This document shows positions 31,807 to 42,005 of a stretch of 64,000 nucleotides of DNA, piece by piece (the first letter of the stretch is position 1; the number at the start of each line of letters is the position of its first letter). The translations under genes were made by a program, and so were the position numbers. Origin of the DNA: Calditrichia bacterium (lineage in GTDB: Bacteria; Calditrichota; Calditrichia; JAJRVZ01); NCBI GenBank assembly GCA_963796965.1, contig CAWCNS010000004.1:736001-800000 (forward strand), in the 5' to 3' direction. Below the pieces are notes generated by a model. That model was given only the letters and a program-made list of their open reading frames with translations, was not told where the DNA came from and searched no databases.

Positions 31807-32023
31807 TTGTGATATCCTGATATAATGTTTACCAATATTTATGTTTAAATATGAAGAAAATCGTGAATAATTACATGTCATCCTGAACTTGTTTCAGGAT
31901 CTAATCGCTTAACTTTTATGAGATTCCGAAATCCCGAACTTTGTTCGGGAGAATGACTTATTTGCCAGTATTCTCATTTAAAGTGACTGTTTATTTGTAT
32001 ACACATAGTTATGAGAGTATATA

Positions 32024-33277
32024 TTACAGATGCCATGGCGCGCGCATCGGTTGATTGATTAATCTGTTTGCTCCTTCATCATTTACAAAAACCTGTTTCT
32101 CAGGATCAAATTCTAATCGACGGCCAAGACGTATGGCAATTTTAGCCAGGTTGACTATTGTGGCAGAGCGATGACCATTTTCTTCGTTAAGCGCAAACTT
32201 TTTTCTTGTCCTGACAGATTCACCGAATTCAATAAGCTGAGGCGCCGGGTCGGGGAGGGTGGCTAATTTCTGTTCTAACCCTTTGATGTTGGATTTTAGC
32301 CCTGGATAAAGCTTCCCCTCGGGACCTTCAATATAGGGGACATTGCTGTCTTCCCCTTTACCATCAAGAATTATTTCGCAGCCATCTGCGTATCTTAATC
32401 TGATTTTATCCCAGCGTCCACAGGCGTCAGGATGAGCCTGGGGCGTTTCAGCTTCGATCTCGACAGGGCTGGTGTGATCCTTATTAAGAAAATATTGTAC
32501 CGGATCAAGATAATGCTGCCCCATGTCTCCCAGACCACCTCCGTCATAATCCCAATATCCGCGAAATGTTACATGAACACGGTGAGCGTTGTAGGGGCGG
32601 TAAGGTGCCGGTCCGAGCCACATGTCATAATTAAGATCATCGGGGATCCATTCGGGTTTCAGATTTGGAATACCGTTCCAGATGAACTTCCAGTCAAATC
32701 CTGTGGCTTTTCCTACCGTGACTTTCAATGGCCAGCCAAGCAGACCATTCTGAACGATTTTTTTTATGGGTGCAACGGGTGTATTAAATTGATAAAAATT
32801 GCTTCTGAATCTAAACCAGGTGTTTAAACGGAACATACTTCCGTTTTGCTGAACCGCTTCTACTAACTTTTGTCCTTCTCCGATGGTCCGGGTCATTGGC
32901 TTTTCACACCAGATATCCTTTCCAGCTTTTGCCGCGGCAATAGCGATCAGCCCATGCCAATGGGGCGGTGTAACAACATGGACAACATCAATATCTTCTC
33001 GTTGAAGCACCTCTCGGTAATCGGTATAGCCCTTAACATCCTTATCAGCCTGATCAAGCGCTAGTTTAATATGACTTTTGTCAACATCACAAACGGCCAA
33101 TAATTTGGCGTATGAAAACCTCATATGACCACGGCCCATTCCTCCGACACCAACAATAGCATACGTGATTTGATCGCTGGGAGCAATATAGTCGGATCCT
33201 CCCAGGACATGACGGGGTACTATGGTAAGCGCGCCGATTCCTGCTGTGGCAGTTTTGATAAACGATCTTCTTCTCAT
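32024..33277 (-). CDS. Tat-exported Gfo/Idh/MocA oxidoreductase
   Basis: MRRRSFIK; VGVGGMG, VTPPHWH, WCEKPM and GDMGQHYLD. Confidence 0.9.
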   Translation of the reverse strand: MRRRSFIKTATAGIGALTIVPRHVLGGSDYIAPSDQITYAIVGVGGMGRGHMRFSYAKLLAVCDVDKSHIKLALDQADKDVKGYTDYREVLQREDIDVVHVVTPPHWHGLIAIAAAKAGKDIWCEKPMTRTIGEGQKLVEAVQQNGSMFRLNTWFRFRSNFYQFNTPVAPIKKIVQNGLLGWPLKVTVGKATGFDWKFIWNGIPNLKPEWIPDDLNYDMWLGPAPYRPYNAHRVHVTFRGYWDYDGGGLGDMGQHYLDPVQYFLNKDHTSPVEIEAETPQAHPDACGRWDKIRLRYADGCEIILDGKGEDSNVPYIEGPEGKLYPGLKSNIKGLEQKLATLPDPAPQLIEFGESVRTRKKFALNEENGHRSATIVNLAKIAIRLGRRLEFDPEKQVFVNDEGANRLINQPMRAPWHL

Positions 33278-33451
33278 GTTTTTCTTATACCCTTTTTTTT
33301 TAAACACAAAGATCACAAAGTAGACACTAAGTTCACAAAGAAGTATTTATTATAATTATCCTCTTAGTGCATCTTTGTGTTACATTTTCGATTCTTTGTG
33401 TCTCTTTTTTGTGAGATTTAACGTCATTTACTATCTCCATTAATTATTTCC

Positions 33452-34684
33452 TCAACTCTCTGCTGCATTGGATTCGGGAATAGATTTATCATTAAACATA
33501 AATGCAAAGAGAACCATTATTATACCGGCAAAAATGGCAGGTAACATCCAAAAGTATTGCCATTGCTCAAGTACATTTATTGCGTCGCCATTGACAACCG
33601 AATTGAATAGCCAGCCGGAAATTTGAGCGCCGATAAGCATACCAGCTCCTAAAGTGACAAGAACAAGAAAACCCTGTGCCTGACCACGAATGGCAGGCGT
33701 CGCTTTTTTATCGACATAAATTTGACCGGTAACAAAAAAGAAGTCATAACAAATCCCATGTAAAATAATTCCTCCCATGACCATCCATAGAATTCCGGAG
33801 GGCGCTGCAAATGAGAATAAGGTGTAACGCAGAACCCAGGCAAGCATGCCAATAAATAGCATCCATTTGACACCGAAAATTCTAAAGAAGAAGGGCATAA
33901 GAACGATAAAGATTACCTCTGACATTTGTCCAAAGGACATTTTGAATCCAGGATTTGGGATTTCCAGAACATTGACGAATACCGGCGCATAAGCATAGTA
34001 AACGGCAAGAGGGATGCAGATCAGAAAGGAACTGATCATAAAAATAGCAAATGGCCGATTTTTGAGCATTGACAAGGCATCTAAACCCATAATCTGACGT
34101 GCCGTAACTTTTTCTCCTGCCGCGGGCGGTGGGGTATGGGGCAGGGTAAAACTAAATAATCCCATGATGACACCTGCGATGGCAGCAACTTGCAAGGGTA
34201 GAGCAGATTCATCTGCACCCAGATATCCACTGACAAAAACACCCGCTACAATCCAACCGACTGTTCCAAATGCACGAATAATCGGAAAAGATTTTTCCTG
34301 ATCGGTTATATGATGAAATGCTAATGTGTTTACAAGACTGATTGTTGGCATATAGCATAACATATGGAGCAATAATAACAAAATAAACAATGTCGCCGAG
34401 GGAGAATCACCTTCAGCTGCGAAAGGAGTAAGAAACATGGCGATTCCTCCAAGTATATGGAGCACGCCTAAGACTTTTTCCGTTGCAAAAAAACGGTCTG
34501 CAATCATACCAGAAAAGAATGGAGAAATAATTGCACCGATTGGACCTACCGTATAAGCCCAATAAATAGCATCGGACATCCCAACACGGTTCATATAGTT
34601 GCCAACTGTAACATACCAGGCACCCCAAATAAAAAACTCTATGAACATCATCGCGCTAAGCTGGATAAAGGTTTTTTTATTCAA
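33452..34684 (-). CDS. NupG/XapB-like nucleoside:H+ symporter family MFS permease
   Basis: MMFIEFFIWGAWY, ADRFF, FPIIRAFGTVGW, GQMSEV and LHGICYDFFFVTGQIYVD. Confidence 0.9.
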   Translation of the reverse strand: MNKKTFIQLSAMMFIEFFIWGAWYVTVGNYMNRVGMSDAIYWAYTVGPIGAIISPFFSGMIADRFFATEKVLGVLHILGGIAMFLTPFAAEGDSPSATLFILLLLLHMLCYMPTISLVNTLAFHHITDQEKSFPIIRAFGTVGWIVAGVFVSGYLGADESALPLQVAAIAGVIMGLFSFTLPHTPPPAAGEKVTARQIMGLDALSMLKNRPFAIFMISSFLICIPLAVYYAYAPVFVNVLEIPNPGFKMSFGQMSEVIFIVLMPFFFRIFGVKWMLFIGMLAWVLRYTLFSFAAPSGILWMVMGGIILHGICYDFFFVTGQIYVDKKATPAIRGQAQGFLVLVTLGAGMLIGAQISGWLFNSVVNGDAINVLEQWQYFWMLPAIFAGIIMVLFAFMFNDKSIPESNAAES

Positions 34685-35021
34685 TGCTTTCTCCTCTCAA
34701 TTGCAAATTGAAATTGGCTACATATATAATCAGAATTCTGGACCCTAGAAGAAGTTACCTTGCAACTTAATGTACAGGCGAATCGAGGTAATTTCTAGGG
34801 TTGGATGGAATATCACTAAAATGTCGATGAAATATTTACAGGAATATTTATCGACCGTACTCTATAGAGTAGAGACGTCCCGCCGGTTGAAAATCCCGTT
34901 ATTCGGGGGACGTCTCTAAAATGAAATTGGCCATTTATTATAAATATAAATCACTGTCACGTTATTCAATAGGAAAATCTAAATAATCAGGATGTTTGAA
35001 AAAATTTAAATTTTGAACGAT

Positions 35022-36380
35022 CTATAGAGACCAACCTTTTCGGTATTCTTTATGGATTAATTCGTTTGCCTCTTCAACGTTGGTCACGCGCATATTAGGT
35101 CCGTCCCACTCTAATATCTTATTCTTTGGTGACATGCGGACGGCGATATTACCTAATAACATCATTTCTGTTAACTTACTGGCATAGCCAAAATTTGATG
35201 TTGTTTCACCACCGTTTTTACAGGCTTCTATCCACTCGGCATGAATACCTGGAGAGCGTGGAATTGATTTTTCCGGGCGGTCATATTCTTTCATCTTTGT
35301 TTCAGGTATTATACGTGGATTGCTACCATAGGTACTGCACATAAGTTTGCCTTTGGTCCCGATAAAGATTACACCTCCACCGCCATCACCCATCTTTCTT
35401 CCTGGTTCTAGCTCAGCTGGTCTGGGTGGTAGAATGCGGCCATCATACCAGTGTAATTTAACCGGGGGCATATCATCGCGTTCAGGAAAGTCATAGGTTA
35501 TCATGGTTGACAGGGGATAGGTTTCATCATTTAACTTTGTTGAACTGGCCTGAACCCTTGAAGGGTAGTCTAACTTGAGGGCCCAGAAGGGATGATCGAT
35601 GATATGAGCGCCCATATCACCAACAGACCCTGTACCATAATCCAACCAACCGCGCCATTTAAAAGGTACATAGGCAGGATGATAAGGACGCACAGGTGCC
35701 GGACCCTGCCAAACATCCCAATTTAATGTAGGAGGAATCGCAGGAAGCGCTTCAGGACGACCAATGCCTTGAGGCCAGATAGGACGGTTTGTCCAGGTAT
35801 AAACCTCGGTTACATCGCCAATTGCGCCGTCCCAAATCCATTCGTTAATCAGACGGGCGCCTTCACTGGCATGCCCCTGGTTTCCCATTTGTGTCACTAC
35901 CTTATATTCTTTAGCTGCTTCGGCAAGTTTCCGTGCTTCAAATATGGTATGGGTTAAGGGTTTCTGAACATAGGTATGGATACCCATTTTAATAGCGGTC
36001 ATGGCGATTACAGCATGGGAGTGATCCGGTGTGGTTACTGTCACGGCATCAATATCTTTTTGTTTATCAAACATGACTCTAAAGTCACTGTACTTTTTGG
36101 CTTTTGGGAATTCCGCAAAAGCTTCTGCAGCACGGACTTCATCCACATCGCATAAGGCGACAATATTTTCTGAACTGACATTTTTCAGATCACTATGACC
36201 TTGGCCACCGGCACCAATACAAGCTATATTCAGTTTGTCACTCGGTGCTTTAAACCCAGGACCACCAAGAACAAAGCGGGGGACAATGGTAAAGGCAGCA
36301 GCAGCCATTGCAGTCGTGCCTATAAATTCACGCCGGCTGATGTTTGATTTCTTCTCTAAAGATTTATTCTTCTTTTTCAT
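35022..36380 (-). CDS. Tat-exported Gfo/Idh/MocA oxidoreductase
   Basis: SRREFIG; IGAGGQG, TTPDHSHA, YVQKPL and GDMGAHIID. Confidence 0.9.
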   Translation of the reverse strand: MKKKNKSLEKKSNISRREFIGTTAMAAAAFTIVPRFVLGGPGFKAPSDKLNIACIGAGGQGHSDLKNVSSENIVALCDVDEVRAAEAFAEFPKAKKYSDFRVMFDKQKDIDAVTVTTPDHSHAVIAMTAIKMGIHTYVQKPLTHTIFEARKLAEAAKEYKVVTQMGNQGHASEGARLINEWIWDGAIGDVTEVYTWTNRPIWPQGIGRPEALPAIPPTLNWDVWQGPAPVRPYHPAYVPFKWRGWLDYGTGSVGDMGAHIIDHPFWALKLDYPSRVQASSTKLNDETYPLSTMITYDFPERDDMPPVKLHWYDGRILPPRPAELEPGRKMGDGGGGVIFIGTKGKLMCSTYGSNPRIIPETKMKEYDRPEKSIPRSPGIHAEWIEACKNGGETTSNFGYASKLTEMMLLGNIAVRMSPKNKILEWDGPNMRVTNVEEANELIHKEYRKGWSL

Positions 36381-36399
36381 CTGTTTTTCCTTTCCTTAA

Positions 36400-37716
36400 T
36401 TACTTCTCTGCTGATCCGGGAACAGCTACGGCTTTATCGATATTGACTGGACCCATTGTATATTCTGTTGGTCCAACACGGAATTTTGAATTCATCATTT
36501 CATCCCAGGTTACGGCCTTTCCGGTATAGGCAGAAATACGACCCATAATTGCGGCCATGGTAGAAATGGCAGTTTGTTCTGCTTCAACATAGGGCTTGTT
36601 TGTTCTGATCGCGGTGACCAGGTCAATATGTTCCTGGACATAAGGAGAAACCTTTACGCTGGTGGTTGGTTTACCTTCCTCATCCAGCGGATATTCATAT
36701 TTCCACTTGATAGTACCATCTGGATTGTAGATTGTATCTTCGGCATTGGTGTATCCTTCGCTACCTCGAACATATTCGGAGACGTTGTTTGCACAGCCAT
36801 TTATCTGGCGGCAGGTACTGTGAACATGGATATCATTCTCATACATGAAATCAATATCAAAAAAGTCATATTGATCACCGGTAACACGACGGTGACGGGC
36901 TCCCATACCTACGGCTTTAACCGGATGTGATTCTAAAAACCAGTTTGCCACATCGATATTGTGGACGTGTTGTTCAACAATATGATCCCCTGAGAGCCAG
37001 GTCCAGTTAACCCAATCCCTGATCATGTATTCCATTTCTGACCAGCCACTCTTTTGAGTCCTGTACCATAACTGGCTTTGGTTCCAATAACAGCATGCGG
37101 AAACAGGCTGACCTATCGCACCCTCATATACTTCTTTAAAAGTTGAGACATAATTTCTTTTATGTCTTCTCTGTGTTCCCGTACCAACCGTAAGTCCTAA
37201 TGACTCTGCTTTTTTGGACGTTGTCATAATTGAACGTGCCCCAACAGGATCTACGGCTACAGGTTTCTCCATAAATACATTTTTTTTGGCCTGAATGGCT
37301 GCTTCAAAGTGCTCAGGTCTGAAATGAGGGGGCGTAGCCAGGATAATTACATCTACCCCTGAATCAATCACTTTTTCAAAAGCGTCAAAACCAACGAAAC
37401 ATTTTTCCGGAGGAACTTCAACATTTTTATTACTCTTCAGTCCTTGATTACAGCCATCAATACGATCCTGAAATACATCACCGAGAGCGACAATGGATAA
37501 ATTTGGACCAGCACTTAGAAAATCTCTCGCTGCCCCTGAGCCACGGCCGCCACAACCAATAAGGCCTGCTTTCAGTGGTTTACCATCCGGTGCCTGGTCC
37601 AGAAATGGTGCCAGATCCATTGTTCTTTTTTTAGTATTACAACCTACTAATAATCCTGCTGCAAGGGCCGCGCTGCCCATGCCAATAAATTCACGGCGGT
37701 TAAAATCTTTCGACAT
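36400..37716 (-). CDS. Tat (lipo)protein Gfo/Idh/MocA oxidoreductase
   Basis: NRREFIG...LLVGC; IGCGGRGSGA, ATPPHFRP, FMEKPVAVD and GDHIVEQHVHNID. Confidence 0.9.
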   Translation of the reverse strand: MSKDFNRREFIGMGSAALAAGLLVGCNTKKRTMDLAPFLDQAPDGKPLKAGLIGCGGRGSGAARDFLSAGPNLSIVALGDVFQDRIDGCNQGLKSNKNVEVPPEKCFVGFDAFEKVIDSGVDVIILATPPHFRPEHFEAAIQAKKNVFMEKPVAVDPVGARSIMTTSKKAESLGLTVGTGTQRRHKRNYVSTFKEVYEGAIGQPVSACCYWNQSQLWYRTQKSGWSEMEYMIRDWVNWTWLSGDHIVEQHVHNIDVANWFLESHPVKAVGMGARHRRVTGDQYDFFDIDFMYENDIHVHSTCRQINGCANNVSEYVRGSEGYTNAEDTIYNPDGTIKWKYEYPLDEEGKPTTSVKVSPYVQEHIDLVTAIRTNKPYVEAEQTAISTMAAIMGRISAYTGKAVTWDEMMNSKFRVGPTEYTMGPVNIDKAVAVPGSAEK

Positions 37717-38215
37717 TGTTTTCTTCCTTTATTTTGTGATTTATATTCAATGTGAAATTATGTTTCCCATGAACATATTACAGTATCTTGTAAATTAAAG
37801 ATTTCAGTAATAAAACCTATGATATTTTATCGATGAGATCATTTGGAATGATCCTCCGGATAGAAAACTAAGCTATCCCACAATTGAGTGCAAGTCAAGA
37901 ATGTTTTTCAGATTTACTTCTGTAAATATAGCCTAACATATTGATATATTAGTAGTTGTGTGGCACCTATTCATAGAAAATTTTCTAAACAGATAAACCT
38001 GATTCAACGAACTCTCCCTAAATCCCTCTCTTACAAAGCGAGGGACTTTAAGGAGCCCTTCTCGTGAAGAAGAGAAGGGATTTTTGGATGAGAATTTATA
38101 TTAAAACATTGATTCTTCTTTTAAACCGGGCACATATGATTTCAAATATTACTTGAAAATTCTTCTGTTGGATATTGAATATCGTCCAAAGAACTCCTTT
38201 GGACAATATTTAGTT

Positions 38216-39724
38216 TTATTCCACTTCACAAACCACCCTGAAACCCACATCAGCGCAATCGGAATACCACCATAGGCTCTTAGGTATTTGTGGATCAGTT
38301 CTTAACCATTGAACTGTTTTTGTATGGTCTCTGCTTGCTGATCGGATGTGAGGTGAATCGCTGAAATAGGATCCACCGCGAACCACATATTCTTCTCCCT
38401 GTTCCGGACCCAAGGGATCTGTCACTTTAGTTCCTTGGGTATATTTATTATAAGTATCCGGTGCATACCAGTCTCCGCAAAATTCTTTCACATTACCTAA
38501 CATATTTAAAAGACCAAATGGATTAGATTTTACATGAGAAGGAATATGAGATTTTCCACCACTATTAACAATGTAGACCAAATACGTATTGATATTGGTT
38601 GTGTCAACACCAAATATTTTATTCCAAAACCTATCCTGGGAAAATTGAGTCGGGCTTCCTTCAAAGAAATAGGCACTTTCTGTTTTTCCTCTGGCCGCAT
38701 ATTCCCATTCCGCTTCGGTGGGAAGCCGGTATTTCTTGCCGGTTTTTTGTGAAAGCCATTCACAATATTTTCGAGCGGCATAATGGGTCATTGTAATCGC
38801 TGGTCGTTTACCTTTTCCCCAACCCTGATCTGGATTGCCATAGGCAGGCGTCGGACCACTTTCACCGTCAACTTCTTTTACATTGTTGACAAATCGATAT
38901 TGATCATCGGTTCGTCCTTCTGCTTTTGTATCTTTGTAGAATGCTTCATATTCATTCCATGTTACTTCATGCTTTTCCATCCAGAAGGAACTAATAATAA
39001 TGTCACGTTGTGGTCCTTCATCGGCTTCACGATAATCTTCGGATTCAGGACTGCCAATTTTGAAAGTACCTCCAGGAATCGCAATCATTTCGAAATCTAT
39101 TGATGTGCCAGGGATGGTTTCAACAAAATTTAAAAAGGAATCAACTTTTGCTGCCGTTGTATACTGGGCTTTTGAACCCTGGTCGTCTGAATCGGTTAAA
39201 AGTGTCTCGGGCCTTTTCTCATGGAAATGGCCGGTCTCAAGATGGCAGTTGATGCATCGTAAATCGTCTGGATTTTGGTCATAATACAGATGGGCTTCTT
39301 CCCCTTTCTTTGATAAGGTCCGGGGGTATAAATTACTATGACAGTTGATACAGGAGGCTTTATAGACATGATTAACAGCAAAAGCCCGCGAGGATTTTAG
39401 TTCCCAGTTTATTTTCTCTGTATCAATAAATAACGTAGCATAAACATCCCGCAAGCCAGTTTGTACTTTGGCATTAAGATAATCAAAACCGCCAGGCGGC
39501 AGGTGGCATTCGACGCACTTAATCGCCATTCCACTTCTGTTGTCAAAATGAGCGCCTAACTTCCATGATGAGGTTGCCTGAGGATGAACATGGCAGGACT
39601 CACAAAATGTGTTCGTCGAGGTATACTCTAATATCCAATTAAATACAAGAATCGTAACAATTCCACAGAAGAACAAGAATAGTTTGATATATTTTTGAGC
39701 AGATTTAGATGAAAAAAAATGCAT
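38216..39724 (-). CDS. NapC/NirT tetraheme cytochrome fused to an FGE-sulfatase (SUMF1)-like domain
   Basis: N-terminal TM helix then TSTNTFCESCH, CVECH, CINCH and CINCH; C-terminal EGPQR, HEVTW, RLPTEAEWEYAARG, NPFGL..MLGNV, RGGS and VGFRVV. Confidence 0.9.
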   Translation of the reverse strand: MHFFSSKSAQKYIKLFLFFCGIVTILVFNWILEYTSTNTFCESCHVHPQATSSWKLGAHFDNRSGMAIKCVECHLPPGGFDYLNAKVQTGLRDVYATLFIDTEKINWELKSSRAFAVNHVYKASCINCHSNLYPRTLSKKGEEAHLYYDQNPDDLRCINCHLETGHFHEKRPETLLTDSDDQGSKAQYTTAAKVDSFLNFVETIPGTSIDFEMIAIPGGTFKIGSPESEDYREADEGPQRDIIISSFWMEKHEVTWNEYEAFYKDTKAEGRTDDQYRFVNNVKEVDGESGPTPAYGNPDQGWGKGKRPAITMTHYAARKYCEWLSQKTGKKYRLPTEAEWEYAARGKTESAYFFEGSPTQFSQDRFWNKIFGVDTTNINTYLVYIVNSGGKSHIPSHVKSNPFGLLNMLGNVKEFCGDWYAPDTYNKYTQGTKVTDPLGPEQGEEYVVRGGSYFSDSPHIRSASRDHTKTVQWLRTDPQIPKSLWWYSDCADVGFRVVCEVE

Positions 39725-40205
39725 GGAAATTTAACCTTGCTATTATCTACTATATTGAATTTTGGAATTACTTCAGGTTGGCTGCATTAATTCCAAATTG
39801 AGCAAATGATAAGAGAATTATTTCTCGTAGAGACACCATCAAATTAAGACAAAAGAAAAGAGACAAAATTATGCCTAGTTGCAAAATAAATAATGTGAAG
39901 TCTGTCTCTCTTAACAATTCAAGTCGAAAAGTTTAGGCTTCTACTCTGACCTCACCCCTTGACCACCACCCTGAATAAACAAGAGCATCGGCACTTCCCC
40001 TCTCCTGTCAGGAGAGGGGATAAAGGGGTGAGGTCTCTGACGGTTTACATGACTGTAGCCTGATCCAGGATGATAAACCAGCCCAATTCTCCTGAACTAA
40101 GTTCAGGAGAACATAGAATATCTTATTATATAAATTCGAATAGGACGATACAATTTATTTGTCTCAGCGTTTCCGCGAGAAAAAAATTATCACGATATAT
40201 CTTAT

Positions 40206-40899
40206 TTACTCTAATGGCTCTAAGTATATTGCCCGGAACTCAATTGGTTTTCCTTCACTCTGAAAACAAATTTTTCCAGTCTGGACCGAAGCACCGGTTC
40301 CAATGTTTTGAACGACACCATTGACTGTAAGGTGAATCATATCCTCTTTACAAACAATTTTATACGTATTCCACTCACCTGGTGCTTTTTCACTGCTTTT
40401 TTCTTTTTTCTCCACACGTCTTTCTGACTTATCAACTTGTTCATTTATAGTTGTACCGCCGATCATCCAAAAATCACCGGCATTTTCAGACATTAATTGT
40501 GCTTCGATGCATTTTGGCCAAATCGTAGTCTGGTTCTCTCATATGGAGCAATACACCACTGTTACCAGGCTCTGCCGGCCAGCGCCATTCAACCGTTAAT
40601 TTGTAATTCGCATATCTGTTTGCTGTTTTTATATAACCATTTGGGACACCAGTACAATGTAAGATTCCATTCTTCACCATCCATACAGTATTAACATCAA
40701 CATCTTTCCCAAGTACAAAGCGGTCCCAACCGTTGAAATCTTTACCATTCCACAAATTGATTTTTTTGTGAGGAAAAATAATATCATTGGTAGTACTGGT
40801 TTGATCCGTGACTTCTGCTTTTTCACTACCACAGCTAAGTAATAAAGCCATTAATAAGATTGATAGGATTGCGATCACGCTAACTTTTTGAAATTTCAT
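40206..40899 (-). CDS. DUF1080 lipoprotein (one frameshift near 40527)
   Basis: LLLSC lipobox; LWNGKDFNGW, GNSGVLLH / TIWPKCIEAQL...GEWN...QSEG...FRAI. Confidence 0.85.
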
Positions 40900-40999
40900 C
40901 GGTTAACCCCTTTCGATAATTGTAACTGCATAACTTTATTCCCTATTCATTACCAAATTAATTTTTAACAACTCATCCCGGAGTAAATATTCATAGACA

Positions 41000-41953
41000 T
41001 TAAAAATCATCACAATACCGATAGGCTTTAATCAGCGCTTCTTCACCTTCTTTGCCTTTGATGCTATTCCCATGCTCCATTCCGACGATGCCCTTAAAAC
41101 CCTTACTATGAATATGTTTGAAGACATTCAGATAATTGATCTCTCCCGTGGTGGGTTCTTTCCGTCCGGGATTATCACCCACCTGAAAATAGGCTATTTC
41201 TTCCCAGGCAATATCCATATTTGGAATAATATTTCCCTCGGTTATCTGTTGATGATACATGTCGTCGAGGATCTTACATGATGGGCTGTCAACGGCTTTA
41301 CAAATCTGATAAGCTTGTGGAATTTTTGTCAGAAATAATCCGGGGTGATCTCGCCAGGGATTTAAAGGCTCAAGAACCATAATTAAACCAGAAGGTTCAC
41401 ATATCTCAGCGCAAATTTTTAAATTTTCAATCACATTGGCTGTTTGGTATCCCCACTCTAGTCGGGTACTAAAGCATGCCGGAACAATCGTCGTCCATTT
41501 GGCATTTACCCGCTTGGCTACTTCCACGGCTTCCTTCATTCTTTTCTTTAACATATCTTTGACATCATCTGTATTCAAAACAAAGGACTGTCCTTTAAAA
41601 TCAGCATAAGCAACAAAGACGCCCATGGTCATACCCAATTTGCTCATTTCTGATGCGATTTTTTCCTGAGTTTCTACAGGTTTATTCATCATGCCATTAT
41701 CTTCCAAAGCGCGAAAACCCTGATCAGCGATAAATTTTAGTTGATCGATTAAATCCTCACCAGCGGAATTTTTGAACATACCAAAATGTGGCGCATAATT
41801 TAACTTAAAGGCATTTCCTGATGAATTGTTCTGAGCAATTACATTTTCGGATTTAATTAGATTTCCACTCAACAATGCCCCTCCACCTAATGCGAGACCA
41901 GAAAGAAACTGCCGGCGGTTATAGTTATTTTGCTTCTCTTTTGTGCTGCTCAT
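41000..41953 (-). CDS. Tat-exported Hyi-like xylose-isomerase TIM-barrel protein
   Basis: NRRQFLS; VLEPLN, DDMYHQQITEGN, GDNPGRKEPTTGEINY and GMEH. Confidence 0.9.
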   Translation of the reverse strand: MSSTKEKQNNYNRRQFLSGLALGGGALLSGNLIKSENVIAQNNSSGNAFKLNYAPHFGMFKNSAGEDLIDQLKFIADQGFRALEDNGMMNKPVETQEKIASEMSKLGMTMGVFVAYADFKGQSFVLNTDDVKDMLKKRMKEAVEVAKRVNAKWTTIVPACFSTRLEWGYQTANVIENLKICAEICEPSGLIMVLEPLNPWRDHPGLFLTKIPQAYQICKAVDSPSCKILDDMYHQQITEGNIIPNMDIAWEEIAYFQVGDNPGRKEPTTGEINYLNVFKHIHSKGFKGIVGMEHGNSIKGKEGEEALIKAYRYCDDF

Positions 41954-42005
41954 GGGATTTCTCCTTCAATTCCAAAAATTATTTACCCTGTGATTTTAAC
42001 AAATT

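Noticed and set aside
38216..39100. True formylglycine-generating enzyme
   Set aside because: The catalytic cysteine pair after RGGS is absent and no sulfatase is in the window.
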